Shown: piece by piece, positions 54,332 to 64,000 of the stretch
Layout of the letters: each line of letters starts with the position of its first letter
How positions within the stretch are numbered: the first letter of the stretch is position 1
Origin: a phage
Sequence record: PQ338057.1
Length of the DNA stretch: 64,000 nucleotides
Reading direction: 5' to 3' (one strand)
The notes under the pieces: generated by a model
Seen by the model: the letters and a program-made list of their open reading frames with translations, nothing else
Databases searched by the model: none
Told to the model about the DNA's origin: nothing
Translations under genes and position numbers: made by a program

Positions 54332-56752
54332 TTAATACAGGTTCCGCCACTTATCATCTTCCTTCAGACGCTGGTTCCGATAGAAGATACGCAGGCCTGC
54401 TCCTGACGGAATACTGCCGCCGCGAAGGAGCAAATCGACTTCTTTCTCGCTGCCATCAAATCCCCTGGACTTCAGTTCATAGACGAGCTGCTGTCGCTGA
54501 TGGTCTGTAATTCGCTGTTTGTAGTCTTTACGCCGTTTCGGTTTCACCTGGCGTAACCTTGCAGCCAGTTCCCGGCGCTCTTTTTTGCTCATACTGTGCA
54601 GGTAATTGTGCAACTCCTTGTCATTCATACGGGTAATATCCGTTCTGGAGTCCCCATCAGCTGATTTGTCTTTCCCTTGTTGGTTCAAATTTTCAGCAAG
54701 GGGACAGTTATTGCCACGAGTCCAAGGGGCGCAAGCGCCCTGGTCGGCTGCCGCCTCCTGAACGTCAACGGCCTTACGAACCATTTTCCACTTCACCGCA
54801 TGAGTGCAGATCTTGCCCTCTGCAATGGGTGACCAGATGCCATAAATACGAATACCGTGATCGCCATATGCGGTCGGTTCTTCGTTGATTTCATAAGCAG
54901 TTCTGATGAGGTGATATTTGCGGGGAACCAGTACGCCGCCCTGCTTCATGATGTAGGTGGCAAAACAACCAGCATCAGCAGCAGCCAGGATTGCATCAAG
55001 ACGCGGGTTATCCAGTACCGGCGCACCTGCTTTTTTGTCACCCTGTTGCCTTGCCGCCTGACCAGCCAGCAATCGCAGTTCACGGTAAGCCTGACGCCCC
55101 GGAATGCCAAAGAAGCGGAATTGCTGAACACGATGCAGAGACGCCCAGGCATTAACGTATTCAGCGTTATCACGCAGGGATTTACCCGTTTCCTTGCTGA
55201 TCTCCCCAGCCAGACCACGCCCGTCAATGTTCTTACTGATGTATTTCGCGATATAGCTTGTTGGCGTACCTTTGCGCGGGTTTATCAGCTCAGACTTAAA
55301 GCGTGGTCCCGTGTTATTGCCCAGCTCCTCGCGGTCTTCACGGATGGCAAACTTACGCAGTAATGCAGTGATGGCGCGGCGGTCTTTTTTACGCATGAAA
55401 CACATGAGATGCCAGTGCACAGTACCGTCATGATGCGGCTCAGCTACCCGCACGCCATACCAGCGCAACTCGGCTTTATGCATAGCCTTACGAAATGCAG
55501 CAAACATGCCGACCAGATAATCGCTACTTTGTCTTACCGTCGCGTTTGTCCAGGTCGGGTTTGGTCTGCCGTTATTGAGCGTGGAATGGAAACGCGACGG
55601 ACAGGTGATAGTGTAGAAAACGGCACAGTCACTGCGCATTTCCGCGATAAGCTCCAGACCTTTAACACAGGCCATCATCTCATTGCGGCGATGCGCCGGG
55701 TTGCTGCTGCTGGCGTTTACCACATCTTCCATATCCAGCGTGTCGCCGTCTTCGTTCACCAGTTCATGAGAACGAAAAAACTCCAGCGACTTACGGCGCT
55801 GCTCACGTTTATGCATCACGGCTTCATAGCTGACATAGGGGGATGCTTTTTTGCTGACCAGGCAGACAGCACGCAACTGCTCTTCCCGCCATTCGCAACG
55901 CATCTTCCATAATTTCCGATACCACCAGTCGGCACACAACATACGCGCCAGCGAACCCGGGATGAGTTCATAGAGCACTGGTTTGCGGCGGTTTATTTTC
56001 CGACGAAGTTTCTCAAACGCAGGCGGGATAACATCCAGACGCAGGGTTTCCGCTGCCACCTTTTCCCATGTCTTGCGGATTTCTTCTGGCTTAACGTCAT
56101 CGGTGGCATACAAATCACCACAAGCGTCCTCAAGACACATGCTCATATGCGCTGCTACCAGGGTGGACAGGCGTTTCACCTGATCCTGGCTCATTTCAGG
56201 CAGGATCAGCAGACCCTCCAGCCCTTGATGGCTTGCCATAAAACGGAAAGAAACAGATAGCTGACTGTCACGTACACAATCCAGTCGCTCCAGACATGGC
56301 TTAATCGTCTCACGCAAATAGCGGGAATAAGCCTTTGGCCTGCCCAGGCTGCTGAAGTATTCAATACGTTGCATCAGCGGCTTGCTGATATGGGAAGGCT
56401 GGGCGTTTACGTCCGCCAGAATGACCATGTCCGGATTAAAACGCTGCTGCTCATGCGCCAGCTTTGCCCGGCTAATGAGCTTATCCTGCTCCATTTCGCG
56501 CTGGACAGGATCACGGGATTCATTAAAGAAATAACGCTCCCAGACCTGCTCACTCAGTGCCTCGCGGCGCAGTTGTTCCTGCTCGTTATCGGCAGCGTAC
56601 AGAGTGATCAGGTTTGAAAGTGCAGACTCCGGCGCAACTTCCGCCGGGTCCAGATAAGGGTTAATGGCCTTTTTCGAGCCGTTCCATGAAAATGCTGCGG
56701 CGGCCTCGTTAAAGCCGCTGCAATAGTTCATATCGTCATGACTCATACACAC
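54332..56752 (-). CDS. Rolling-circle replication initiator (P2 gpA-like HUH endonuclease)
   Basis: 806 aa; HWH motif (TVHWHLM) and paired Tyr (SYIAKYISK). Confidence 0.88.
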   Translation of the reverse strand: MCMSHDDMNYCSGFNEAAAAFSWNGSKKAINPYLDPAEVAPESALSNLITLYAADNEQEQLRREALSEQVWERYFFNESRDPVQREMEQDKLISRAKLAHEQQRFNPDMVILADVNAQPSHISKPLMQRIEYFSSLGRPKAYSRYLRETIKPCLERLDCVRDSQLSVSFRFMASHQGLEGLLILPEMSQDQVKRLSTLVAAHMSMCLEDACGDLYATDDVKPEEIRKTWEKVAAETLRLDVIPPAFEKLRRKINRRKPVLYELIPGSLARMLCADWWYRKLWKMRCEWREEQLRAVCLVSKKASPYVSYEAVMHKREQRRKSLEFFRSHELVNEDGDTLDMEDVVNASSSNPAHRRNEMMACVKGLELIAEMRSDCAVFYTITCPSRFHSTLNNGRPNPTWTNATVRQSSDYLVGMFAAFRKAMHKAELRWYGVRVAEPHHDGTVHWHLMCFMRKKDRRAITALLRKFAIREDREELGNNTGPRFKSELINPRKGTPTSYIAKYISKNIDGRGLAGEISKETGKSLRDNAEYVNAWASLHRVQQFRFFGIPGRQAYRELRLLAGQAARQQGDKKAGAPVLDNPRLDAILAAADAGCFATYIMKQGGVLVPRKYHLIRTAYEINEEPTAYGDHGIRIYGIWSPIAEGKICTHAVKWKMVRKAVDVQEAAADQGACAPWTRGNNCPLAENLNQQGKDKSADGDSRTDITRMNDKELHNYLHSMSKKERRELAARLRQVKPKRRKDYKQRITDHQRQQLVYELKSRGFDGSEKEVDLLLRGGSIPSGAGLRIFYRNQRLKEDDKWRNLY

Positions 56753-57600
56753 ACTCCGTACACGGCAGAACTATCCACGCCACGCGAAGGATCAAATCCC
56801 AACCAGCAGCTCGGCCCGGAAACAGCAATGATTTCTGTTGCAGATTTACCCTCGCCAGCTGACACGCCGATGCTGCGTTTTGCCTTGATATAGTGGTGAG
56901 TAAAATTGCGATACAGCGAACGAATCAGGGATGTGTCATTGTTAGAAACAATGACCGGATGTCCTTCTGATGACCGATGTTCAAGAATGGATGCCAGGTG
57001 ATACTGGTCATCTTCAGTGAAACCATCAGTGTGATAGCCGGAAAACGTACCGTCATACGGCGGATCGCAATACACCACATCCCCCACCTGCAGCATCGCC
57101 AGCGTTTCATCAAAGCTCGCGCAGATAAACGTTGCCCGCTGGGCTTTCTCTGCAAATGCGCGAATTTCTTTTTCAGGGAAATACGGATTTTTATAATTAC
57201 CGTAGGGAATGTTGAAATACCCGCTCTTGTTATAGCGACATAAACCACGGTAACCGTGACGATTGAGATACAGGAAATATATCGCCTTCATGAAATCAGT
57301 AATTTCAGTTGAGTAATTAAACTCCTGTCTTATGTTGTAATAAGCCAGCTCACTGTTTGCTTCCTCAAATAAAACTTTGGCACGAGATATAAACGCTTCG
57401 CAATCAGCGGCAATCTTTTTATAGAGGTTGATTAAATCAGGATTAATATCCGCAACCAGATAGCTGGGGTAATCCGTCGCCATCATCACAGCACAAGAAC
57501 CCGCGAAAGGTTCAACCAGTCGCGGGCCAGCAGGAAGGTATTTTTTCAGTTCGGACATAATGGCGGTTTTATTACCCGCCCATTTCAGGATGGTGCTCAT
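56743..57600 (-). CDS. dam: DNA adenine methyltransferase (Dam-like)
   Basis: LKWAGNK and DPPY motifs; start taken at [11 protein letters not shown]. Confidence 0.85.
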   Translation of the reverse strand: MSTILKWAGNKTAIMSELKKYLPAGPRLVEPFAGSCAVMMATDYPSYLVADINPDLINLYKKIAADCEAFISRAKVLFEEANSELAYYNIRQEFNYSTEITDFMKAIYFLYLNRHGYRGLCRYNKSGYFNIPYGNYKNPYFPEKEIRAFAEKAQRATFICASFDETLAMLQVGDVVYCDPPYDGTFSGYHTDGFTEDDQYHLASILEHRSSEGHPVIVSNNDTSLIRSLYRNFTHHYIKAKRSIGVSAGEGKSATEIIAVSGPSCWLGFDPSRGVDSSAVYGVCV

Positions 57601-57824
57601 ACAGCACCTCCGTTGTAATGTTTGCCTTTCAGCTCTGCGATTTCCTGGCAGGTAATGCAAAGCTGCACTCCAGGAATGGCACGGCGGCGTGCTGGCGGAA
57701 TTGGCGCTTCACACTCAACGCAAAGCACGCGGGACACGCCCGGCGTTTTGGCACGGGCAGCACGGATATGGCGTTGGCGTTCTTCTTCAACGCGCTGCTG
57801 TACGAGATCCATTGCATCAGCCAT
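57597..57824 (-). CDS. TraR/DksA-family C4 zinc-finger protein
   Basis: 75 aa; CxxC...CxxC (CVECEAP...CITCQ). Confidence 0.7.
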   Translation of the reverse strand: MADAMDLVQQRVEEERQRHIRAARAKTPGVSRVLCVECEAPIPPARRRAIPGVQLCITCQEIAELKGKHYNGGAV

Positions 57825-58063
57825 CAGTGGATCTCCTGCGCTTCGTTCTGGATTGCTTCAGCAGTCACACGCAGCAGTTCTGCCGCTTCGACGTGGTTTA
57901 GCTGGCGGGAGGTGATATGACACGCCAGGCTATCGAGGCGAGCAGCCATTGCTTCAGCCCTTGCCCGGCGTTCTTCCAGACGAGCCTCTGTCAGTAAAAG
58001 ATTAAGACCTGCATCATCCGGTCCGGTTTTGGTCGTGAGGGTTTCAATATTACGCATAAGCAA
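57824..58063 (-). CDS. Hypothetical phage early protein
   Basis: 79-aa ORF in the early operon. Confidence 0.4.
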   Translation of the reverse strand: MLMRNIETLTTKTGPDDAGLNLLLTEARLEERRARAEAMAARLDSLACHITSRQLNHVEAAELLRVTAEAIQNEAQEIH

Positions 58064-58124
58064 TTCTCCTGAATTTAGATAAAGGGATGCCCGGCGGGTT
58101 TACGCCATTAATTTCATTAGTTGG

Positions 58125-58466
58125 TTAATTCGGCATGGTTAGCCGTCTGGGAAATAAGCTCACCACTGCACGAAAATGATTCATTGCTTTAATCAACTCC
58201 CGCTTTTCGTCAGTGGTCAGCTCATTAATGCTGATGCTATGACGTTCAGCTGGAATTTTTGCCATAAAGAATATGGCAGCCAGTGCCCGTTTATTTTGTT
58301 CATTATTGATATCCCGTGGATCACGCATATCTTTAATAAACCGCTCAAGCTCTGACTCAATATTCAAACCAAAAACTTTCGCCCTTAACTCCGCAATATG
58401 ATTAAGTCCATTCAGGCGTTCACCGGGTCTTAATGGAACAGTCGCCGCAGCGCCTTCAATAGCCAT
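58125..58466 (-). CDS. Hypothetical phage early protein
   Basis: 113-aa ORF in the early operon. Confidence 0.4.
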   Translation of the reverse strand: MAIEGAAATVPLRPGERLNGLNHIAELRAKVFGLNIESELERFIKDMRDPRDINNEQNKRALAAIFFMAKIPAERHSISINELTTDEKRELIKAMNHFRAVVSLFPRRLTMPN

Positions 58467-58637
58467 TTGTTCCCCCGTTTTTTCGTAGATAGTTCTGCCA
58501 GCAATTCATCTTGTGAACGGCACGGATGCCAGCGTTTTCCATCCTCACCCATGATCCAGCCGTGACCGTAGTGCATTGCCGGGCTTTGCTTTACCAGCAG
58601 CGATGCAAATGATGGTTCTTTCGTCAGCATAAGCACC

Positions 58638-59153
58638 TCACAGCAAACCGAATGAAGCACCGAGGCCAGTCACGGTATCAACTGCACTCGCCATCGCAGG
58701 GTTAGCCTGTAAACGGGCCTGCAATGAAACAGCAGCCAACGCCATCAGTCGTGTTACAGAGTTAATGCTGCTGATAGCATCACGACGACCTGCACTGGTT
58801 TTTACATCGCCAGATACCGCACCTGCAGCAACACGCCCGATCTCTGCGGTTGCACTCATGACGTAATGTGGCAGTTTCTCTTTTGCCACCTCATTAATCG
58901 GTACGCATGGCAGGCAGTGAATCTGAGCCAGAAAACCATCTACCAGCGTTGAATCTTCAGTCAGATCGGTAAGCAGCCAGATTTCTGGTGCGGTTAATAA
59001 ATGAGGTTGCGCTGGGTTCAACTTGTTCCGCAGAATCTGCACATTCATGCCAGCACGTTCTGCCAGTTGCACCAGGTTGTGGCGCAATGCGAATGCACGA
59101 CAGGCTTCATCAAAATGTGGATGTTTGGAAACTTGGTAATCAAACATGGTCAA
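58638..59153 (-). CDS. CII-like (186-type) HTH lysogeny-establishment activator; alternatively P2 B-like
   Basis: 171 aa; HTH-like [19 protein letters not shown]; second gene of the early operon after apl/cox. Confidence 0.55.
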   Translation of the reverse strand: MTMFDYQVSKHPHFDEACRAFALRHNLVQLAERAGMNVQILRNKLNPAQPHLLTAPEIWLLTDLTEDSTLVDGFLAQIHCLPCVPINEVAKEKLPHYVMSATAEIGRVAAGAVSGDVKTSAGRRDAISSINSVTRLMALAAVSLQARLQANPAMASAVDTVTGLGASFGLL

Positions 59154-59179
59154 TGCCTCTGATGTATTTCAGAATCGAA

Positions 59180-59401
59180 CTAATTAAGGTTTAGATTGCA
59201 TTCTGAAAGCGCATCAACGGTCATTGCTGCTATGTTGATCATCACTTTTTCGCGTTTTTTATCTTTGCGCAGTCGGTGACGGATAAGGCGTCCATCAGCC
59301 AACATGTCATTGATGGTATCGATGGATAGCCCTGTCAGCTCGCTATAGCGTTCAATAGTCACATGAGGGGTGGTAAGAGTGATTGAAATGTTAGGTCTCA
59401 T
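59180..59401 (-). CDS. Cox/Apl-like excisionase and switch regulator
   Basis: 73 aa, first gene divergent from the repressor. Confidence 0.6.
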   Translation of the reverse strand: MRPNISITLTTPHVTIERYSELTGLSIDTINDMLADGRLIRHRLRKDKKREKVMINIAAMTVDALSECNLNLN

Positions 59402-59520
59402 GATGCAACATTCCTCGTTTAATGATGATTAATCAGGACGAATACGGATCGTTTGTATTTTGTGAACACCATAAACATACGATCGCACAGTGAAATCGTC
59501 AAGATAAAAGTTCACTTGGA
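59402..59520. promoter_or_regulatory. Divergent lysis-lysogeny switch promoter/operator region
   Basis: 119-bp AT-rich gap between the divergent apl-like and cI-like genes. Confidence 0.4.
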
Positions 59521-60096
59521 GTGACCATGAATTTGGAGAAAGGCGGACGAGGCGCTATAGAGCGCATGGTAGAAGCTTATGGATTCAAGACTCGACAGGC
59601 GTTGTGCGATCATTTAGGAATCTCTAAAAGTACACTCGCCACACGCTACATGCGTGACTCATTCCCAGCAGAATGGGTAATCCAGTGCGCCCTTGAAACA
59701 GGCACCTCGCTTAATTGGCTCACAACCGGGCATGGTTCAAAGCAAACTTCAGGTAATACAAATACTATGGAAGTTGCTAAATATGTATTATCTGATGGGG
59801 CCTTGTGTGAAGACGGTTTTTATATTTTCGATAGAGAATTTCTACCGTCGGCATTCAAGAATCTTTTTGTAATCACAGATAATAATTCTGAATTTATTTG
59901 TGATAAGGAATTTGATGATATACGTGATGGTAAATGGGTAATAAGTATTGATGGCGAAATAACGATCCGTGACATTACTCGTTTACCCGGTGGAAGAATC
60001 TTCGTCGAGGGTGGAAATAGAGCCTTCGAGTGCAAGATAGAAGATGTTGAAATAATTGGGAAAATTATAAGTTTAACAATTAAGTACGTTAGGTAA
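59521..60096 (+). CDS. Immunity repressor (186 CI-like size and layout)
   Basis: 191 aa; N-terminal HTH TRQALCDHLGISKSTLATRY; upstream of int. Confidence 0.7.
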   Translation: MTMNLEKGGRGAIERMVEAYGFKTRQALCDHLGISKSTLATRYMRDSFPAEWVIQCALETGTSLNWLTTGHGSKQTSGNTNTMEVAKYVLSDGALCEDGFYIFDREFLPSAFKNLFVITDNNSEFICDKEFDDIRDGKWVISIDGEITIRDITRLPGGRIFVEGGNRAFECKIEDVEIIGKIISLTIKYVR

Positions 60097-60111
60097 TACC
60101 GGGAGGAAACT

Positions 60112-60303
60112 ATGCTTGGTAAGGTATTTTTTGTGGTTTTATCATGCTCTTTGTTATTAAACCCACTAACTACCTATGCTAAAAATTATCCTTGTTCTGG
60201 GAAAAAGGGAGGTGTCTCTCACTGTACCTCCGATGGAAAGTTCGTTTGCAATGATGGAACTATTAGTAAATCAAAAAAAATCTGTACTAAAAACTCGCGA
60301 TAA
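60112..60303 (+). CDS. Small Cys-rich secreted or lipoprotein-like protein
   Basis: 63 aa; signal peptide [23 protein letters not shown]; 5 Cys in mature part; AT-rich. Confidence 0.45.
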   Translation: MLGKVFFVVLSCSLLLNPLTTYAKNYPCSGKKGGVSHCTSDGKFVCNDGTISKSKKICTKNSR

Positions 60304-60489
60304 ATTTTGCTTTTATATCTGCGCCTAATATAACAATGAGCCGCAGGCTAACCGCAAAAGTCACATACTCACATAGCAAAAAATAGCTAACTTCATTATG
60401 GCTTCAGTGAGATGTATGGTCGCAGGATTTCATACATTGACACTGGTTATACATACAGTAAAAATGCTCTCTACTGGAGGGCATTTTTT

Positions 60490-61506
60490 ATGGCAGTACG
60501 AAAACTCACCACAGGAAAATGGCTTTGCGAATGTTACCCCGCCGGACGTAGTGGACGTCGTGTGCGTAAACAATTCGCCACCAAAGGCGAAGCTCTGGCT
60601 TTTGAGCGTCACACGATGGAAGAAACCGAAGCAAAGCCCTGGCTGGGCGAATCAGTGGATCGTCGGACATTGAAAGACGTGATTGAGCTATGGTTCAAAC
60701 TACATGGTAAATCTCTGACAGCTGGGCAGCATGTCTATGACAAACTGCTGTTGATGGTTGACGCTCTGGGCAATCCCCTTGCAACTGATCTAACCTCTAA
60801 AATGTTTGCCCACTATCGAGATAAACGCCTGACAGGTGAGATCTACTTCAGCGAGAAATGGAAGAAAGGAGCAAGCCCGGTCACCATTAACCTGGAGCAA
60901 AGCTATCTAAGTAGTGTTTTTAGCGAACTATCCCGCCTGGGCGAATGGTCGTATCCGAACCCACTGGAGAACATGCGAAAATTCACCATCGCAGAAAAAG
61001 AGATGGCATGGCTTACCCATGAGCAGATTGTTGAACTGCTGGCTGATTGCAAACGTCAGGACCCAATTCTGGCACTGGTAGTCAAGATATGCCTAAGCAC
61101 AGGCGCACGCTGGCGAGAAGCAATAAATCTTACCCGCTCGCAAGTGACCAAATACCGAATTACCTTTGTAAGAACGAAGGGGAAGAAAAACAGAAGCATC
61201 CCTATCAGTAAAGAGCTTTACGAAGAGATCATGGCGCTTGATGGGTTCAATTTCTTTACAGACTGCTATTTTCAATTTTTATCCGTGATGGAAAAAACGT
61301 CTATCGTGCTCCCTCGCGGTCAACTGACACACGTTCTGCGCCATACGTTTGCGGCGCACTTCATGATGTCGGGTGGAAATATCCTTGCTTTGCAAAAAAT
61401 CCTCGGACATCACGATATAAAAATGACTATGCGCTATGCCCATTTAGCACCCGATCATCTTGAGACGGCTCTGAGATTCAACCCCCTCGCAACGCTAGAA
61501 GTGTGA
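60490..61506 (+). CDS. int: Tyrosine integrase (P2/186 Int-like)
   Basis: 338 aa from MAVRKLTTGKW; motifs R...HxxR...Y (LSTGARWREA, HVLRHTFAAH, MRYAHL). Confidence 0.92.
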   Translation: MAVRKLTTGKWLCECYPAGRSGRRVRKQFATKGEALAFERHTMEETEAKPWLGESVDRRTLKDVIELWFKLHGKSLTAGQHVYDKLLLMVDALGNPLATDLTSKMFAHYRDKRLTGEIYFSEKWKKGASPVTINLEQSYLSSVFSELSRLGEWSYPNPLENMRKFTIAEKEMAWLTHEQIVELLADCKRQDPILALVVKICLSTGARWREAINLTRSQVTKYRITFVRTKGKKNRSIPISKELYEEIMALDGFNFFTDCYFQFLSVMEKTSIVLPRGQLTHVLRHTFAAHFMMSGGNILALQKILGHHDIKMTMRYAHLAPDHLETALRFNPLATLEV

Positions 61507-61614
61507 TCTACTGGTGCAAAAATAACATCATCCCCCACTAGCTGAGTTAATTGCGTCAGAGTAAACTTTTATCAGTATATAAGTTCACTTTTATTCAATA
61601 TATTAAGAGATTAC

Positions 61615-61947
61615 ATGGCTATCATTACCGTAAAAAAACATACTGTCAAAAAAGCATTATCGATGGGATTTGAAAAAGTACTTGACGATCGTGGTTATGA
61701 TTCTGGGGCGTACTACGTTAAAGATGGCAAAAAGTGGATTTTTGATATTGTTGCGCTTAAGCAAAAACAAGGAGCAACCTCAGATGATGAGTTAAAAATC
61801 CTTGGGTATGATGTTGATACATATAATCTTGTAAAAAATGAATCTAATGAACTGGCTGAACTTTATCAAGATATTGCAGTTGAAGATGGTGAGCCAATGT
61901 ATCTAGAGGGTGGCGTGTACTTATATCCTGATGGTTCTATCCGTTAG
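61615..61947 (+). CDS. Hypothetical protein between int and the att repeat
   Basis: 110-aa AT-rich ORF. Confidence 0.5.
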   Translation: MAIITVKKHTVKKALSMGFEKVLDDRGYDSGAYYVKDGKKWIFDIVALKQKQGATSDDELKILGYDVDTYNLVKNESNELAELYQDIAVEDGEPMYLEGGVYLYPDGSIR

Positions 61948-61981
61948 CATGCAAATTGGCAGCACAACCGGGTTGTTCCAA

Positions 61982-62004
61982 ATGGCGACAAAGTGGCGGC
62001 AGCG
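61982..62004. repeat. Prophage att core repeat (int-proximal end)
   Basis: atggcgacaaagtggcggcagcg; 22/23 identical to 38010-38032. Confidence 0.6.
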
Positions 62005-62126
62005 GTTGGCATTACCCCGTAATAACCACCACTGACCACCAACCCAACTTATTGTTTTTACTATAACTTATTGTTTTCATTAACCCGTTTACATAAATGG
62101 GTTTTTTGTTATCTAAAACTTATCTA

Positions 62127-62663
62127 CTACCCTGCAACCCTCTCAACCATCCTCAAAATCTCCTCGCGCGATAGCGGCTTACGGTCGGTGACAAAATGCA
62201 GCGTCATCCCCTCAATAAACGCATCAAGCGCGCGGGCGGTTCCGGGTTCAAACCATTGTTCGAGCGTTTGCTGACTGCGCTGCATCCAGTTTTGCATTAC
62301 CGTTTTTAATAGCGGTTTTCGGCTAGCCAGCGCGTAGAGCTGGTACATCAGCTCCATGTTATCCGGCGTTGCAACCTGTGAGCTGTAGATCATATCGGTG
62401 ATAGCCTGGCATGCGCCCGGAGCATCACTAACATCGCTAAAAAATGCCTGATATTGCCGGGACATGATCTCAGTAAAACTGCTGAACGCCTCCAGTAACA
62501 ACTCATCAATTCCTGAAAAATAGTAGGTCATCGATCCCAACGGTACCCCGGCAAGGGTAGCAATTTTGCGGTGCGTAACAGCATGTATTCCGTAAAGTTT
62601 CACCGCCTCCAGCGTGGCCTGGATAATTTTTTCTCGCCGTTGCGGATCGTTAGCGCGACGCAT
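62127..62663 (-). CDS. rcdA: TetR-family transcriptional regulator RcdA (YbjK)
   Basis: 178 aa from [21 protein letters not shown]; N-terminal TetR HTH. Confidence 0.9.
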
Positions 62664-62746
62664 GTCATTTCCTCTCTCTGCAATTGTGTACAAATGTACA
62701 CAACCTTGCTAATGTTGTCTTCCCTCTTCTTATTTTGACGTGATCT

Positions 62747-63955
62747 ATGACCGTAAATTCTTCACGTAATGCATTGAAACGCCGAACCTGGGCGCTGTTT
62801 ATGTTCTTCTTTTTGCCAGGCCTGTTAATGGCGTCCTGGGCAACCCGTACGCCTGCTATCCGCGATATTCTCTCTGTCTCGATCGCTGAAATGGGCGGTG
62901 TTCTCTTTGGTCTGTCGATCGGTTCGATGAGCGGTATTCTCTGCTCGGCGTGGTTAGTGAAACGCTTTGGGACACGTAATGTCATCCTGGTCACGATGTC
63001 CTGCGCATTGATCGGGATGATGATATTAAGTCTGGCACTCTGGCTGACATCGCCCCTGCTCTTTGCCGTTGGTCTCGGCGTCTTTGGGGCAAGTTTTGGT
63101 TCTGCGGAAGTGGCGATAAACGTTGAAGGTGCTGCCGTTGAGCGAGAAATGAATAAGACGGTTTTGCCGATGATGCACGGTTTTTATAGCCTGGGCACGC
63201 TGGCAGGCGCAGGTGTCGGGATGGCACTGACGGCCTTTGGCGTTCCGGCAACGGTGCACATTTTATTGGCGGCGCTGGTAGGTATCGCACCTATTTATAT
63301 CGCCATTCAGGCAATCCCTGACGGTACGGGCAAAAATGCTGCCGATGGCACCCAGCATGGCGAAAAAGGCGTACCTTTTTATCGCGATATCCAGTTGCTG
63401 CTGATAGGTGTTGTGGTGCTGGCGATGGCCTTTGCCGAAGGTTCTGCCAACGACTGGTTACCCTTATTAATGGTTGACGGTCACGGTTTTAGCCCTACTT
63501 CCGGCTCGCTGATTTATGCCGGTTTTACCCTGGGGATGACCGTTGGACGCTTCACCGGCGGTTGGTTCATCGACCGTTACAGTCGCGTTGCCGTGGTTCG
63601 GGCCAGTGCACTAATGGGGGCGTTGGGTATTGGGCTGATTATTTTTGTCGATAGCGCCTGGGTCGCTGGGGTGTCTGTTGTACTCTGGGGACTGGGTGCC
63701 TCGCTGGGCTTCCCGCTGACCATTTCTGCCGCCAGCGATACCGGCCCCGATGCACCAACCCGCGTCAGTGTGGTAGCAACGACCGGTTATCTGGCTTTCC
63801 TCGTCGGGCCGCCGCTGCTGGGCTATCTCGGCGAACATTATGGATTACGTAGTGCAATGCTGGTTGTACTGGCGCTGGTTATTCTCGCGGCTATTGTCGC
63901 GAAAGCCGTCGCCAAACCCGATACCAAAACGCAGACGGCGATGGAGAATAGTTGA
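62747..63955 (+). CDS. ybjJ: MFS transporter YbjJ
   Basis: 402 aa, about 12 TM helices; divergent from rcdA. Confidence 0.9.
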
Positions 63956-64000
63956 TGAGCATTAAATTAATTGCGGTAGACATGGATGGTACTTTCTTAA
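63955..64000 (+). CDS. ybjI: HAD-family phosphatase YbjI (5' end only; truncated by window)
   Basis: [18 protein letters not shown] motif I (DxDGT). Confidence 0.6.
   Translation, partial: MSIKLIAVDMDGTFL

Larger units (their letters stand above)
38010..62004. mobile_element. Defective mosaic P2/186-family prophage (~24 kb) inserted between ybjL and rcdA
   Basis: P2 gene order ogr-D'...G-H-I-J-W-V-S-R-lysCB-O'-P-Q-[retron]-A-dam-cII-apl-cI-int; 23-bp direct repeats at both ends; host genes ybjL and rcdA flank it. Confidence 0.88.

Noticed and set aside
54946-55912. ORFs of 93-168 aa within replication gene A, both strands
   Set aside because: Embedded or antisense frames in a long, well-supported ORF.
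58430-58660. 76-aa ORF overlapping the 3' end of the cII-like gene
   Set aside because: Largely overlaps neighbouring ORFs and has no recognisable motif; it could be a real small early gene but evidence is insufficient.
58638-59153. Replication gene B (P2 gpB) as the identity of the 171-aa early ORF
   Set aside because: Size and position would fit, but the HTH-like motif and the 186-like repressor and SOS module favour a CII-like activator; kept as an alternative only.

Overview
Enterobacterial (E. coli-type) chromosomal segment, read in reverse orientation relative to the usual K-12 map: clpA-clpS-cspD-macBA-ybjX-ybjD-aqpZ-ybjE-hcp/hcr-poxB-ltaE-ybjT-ybjS-amiD-ybjQ-ybjP-artPIQM-artJ-rlmC-ybjO-potIHGF-ybjN-rimK-nfsA-ybjC-grxA-ybjM-ybjL ... 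rcdA(ybjK)-ybjJ-ybjI. Between ybjL and rcdA sits a ~24 kb mosaic, defective P2/186-family prophage (about 38010-62004) bounded by 23-bp direct repeats that differ at one base. The main accessory system is a three-gene retron (effector, msr-msd ncRNA, reverse transcriptase; 50698-52746) next to the portal gene; from memory it matches retron Ec86/Eco1 of E. coli B, so it is probably a known system rather than a new one. Other points of interest in the prophage: a Gin/Pin-type invertible tail-fibre segment whose invertase is truncated, two large deletions (tail sheath/tube/tape-measure genes; capsid/holin/endolysin genes), an AT-rich membrane-protein gene inserted inside the late operon, an acidic small protein beside the retron, and an SOS-box-controlled Tum/DinI-like module. 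The window start carries a tRNA-Ser 3'-end fragment that may mark the edge of a second integrated element outside the window. All calls are from reading the sequence and ORF track and from recalled protein families; no database search was run.
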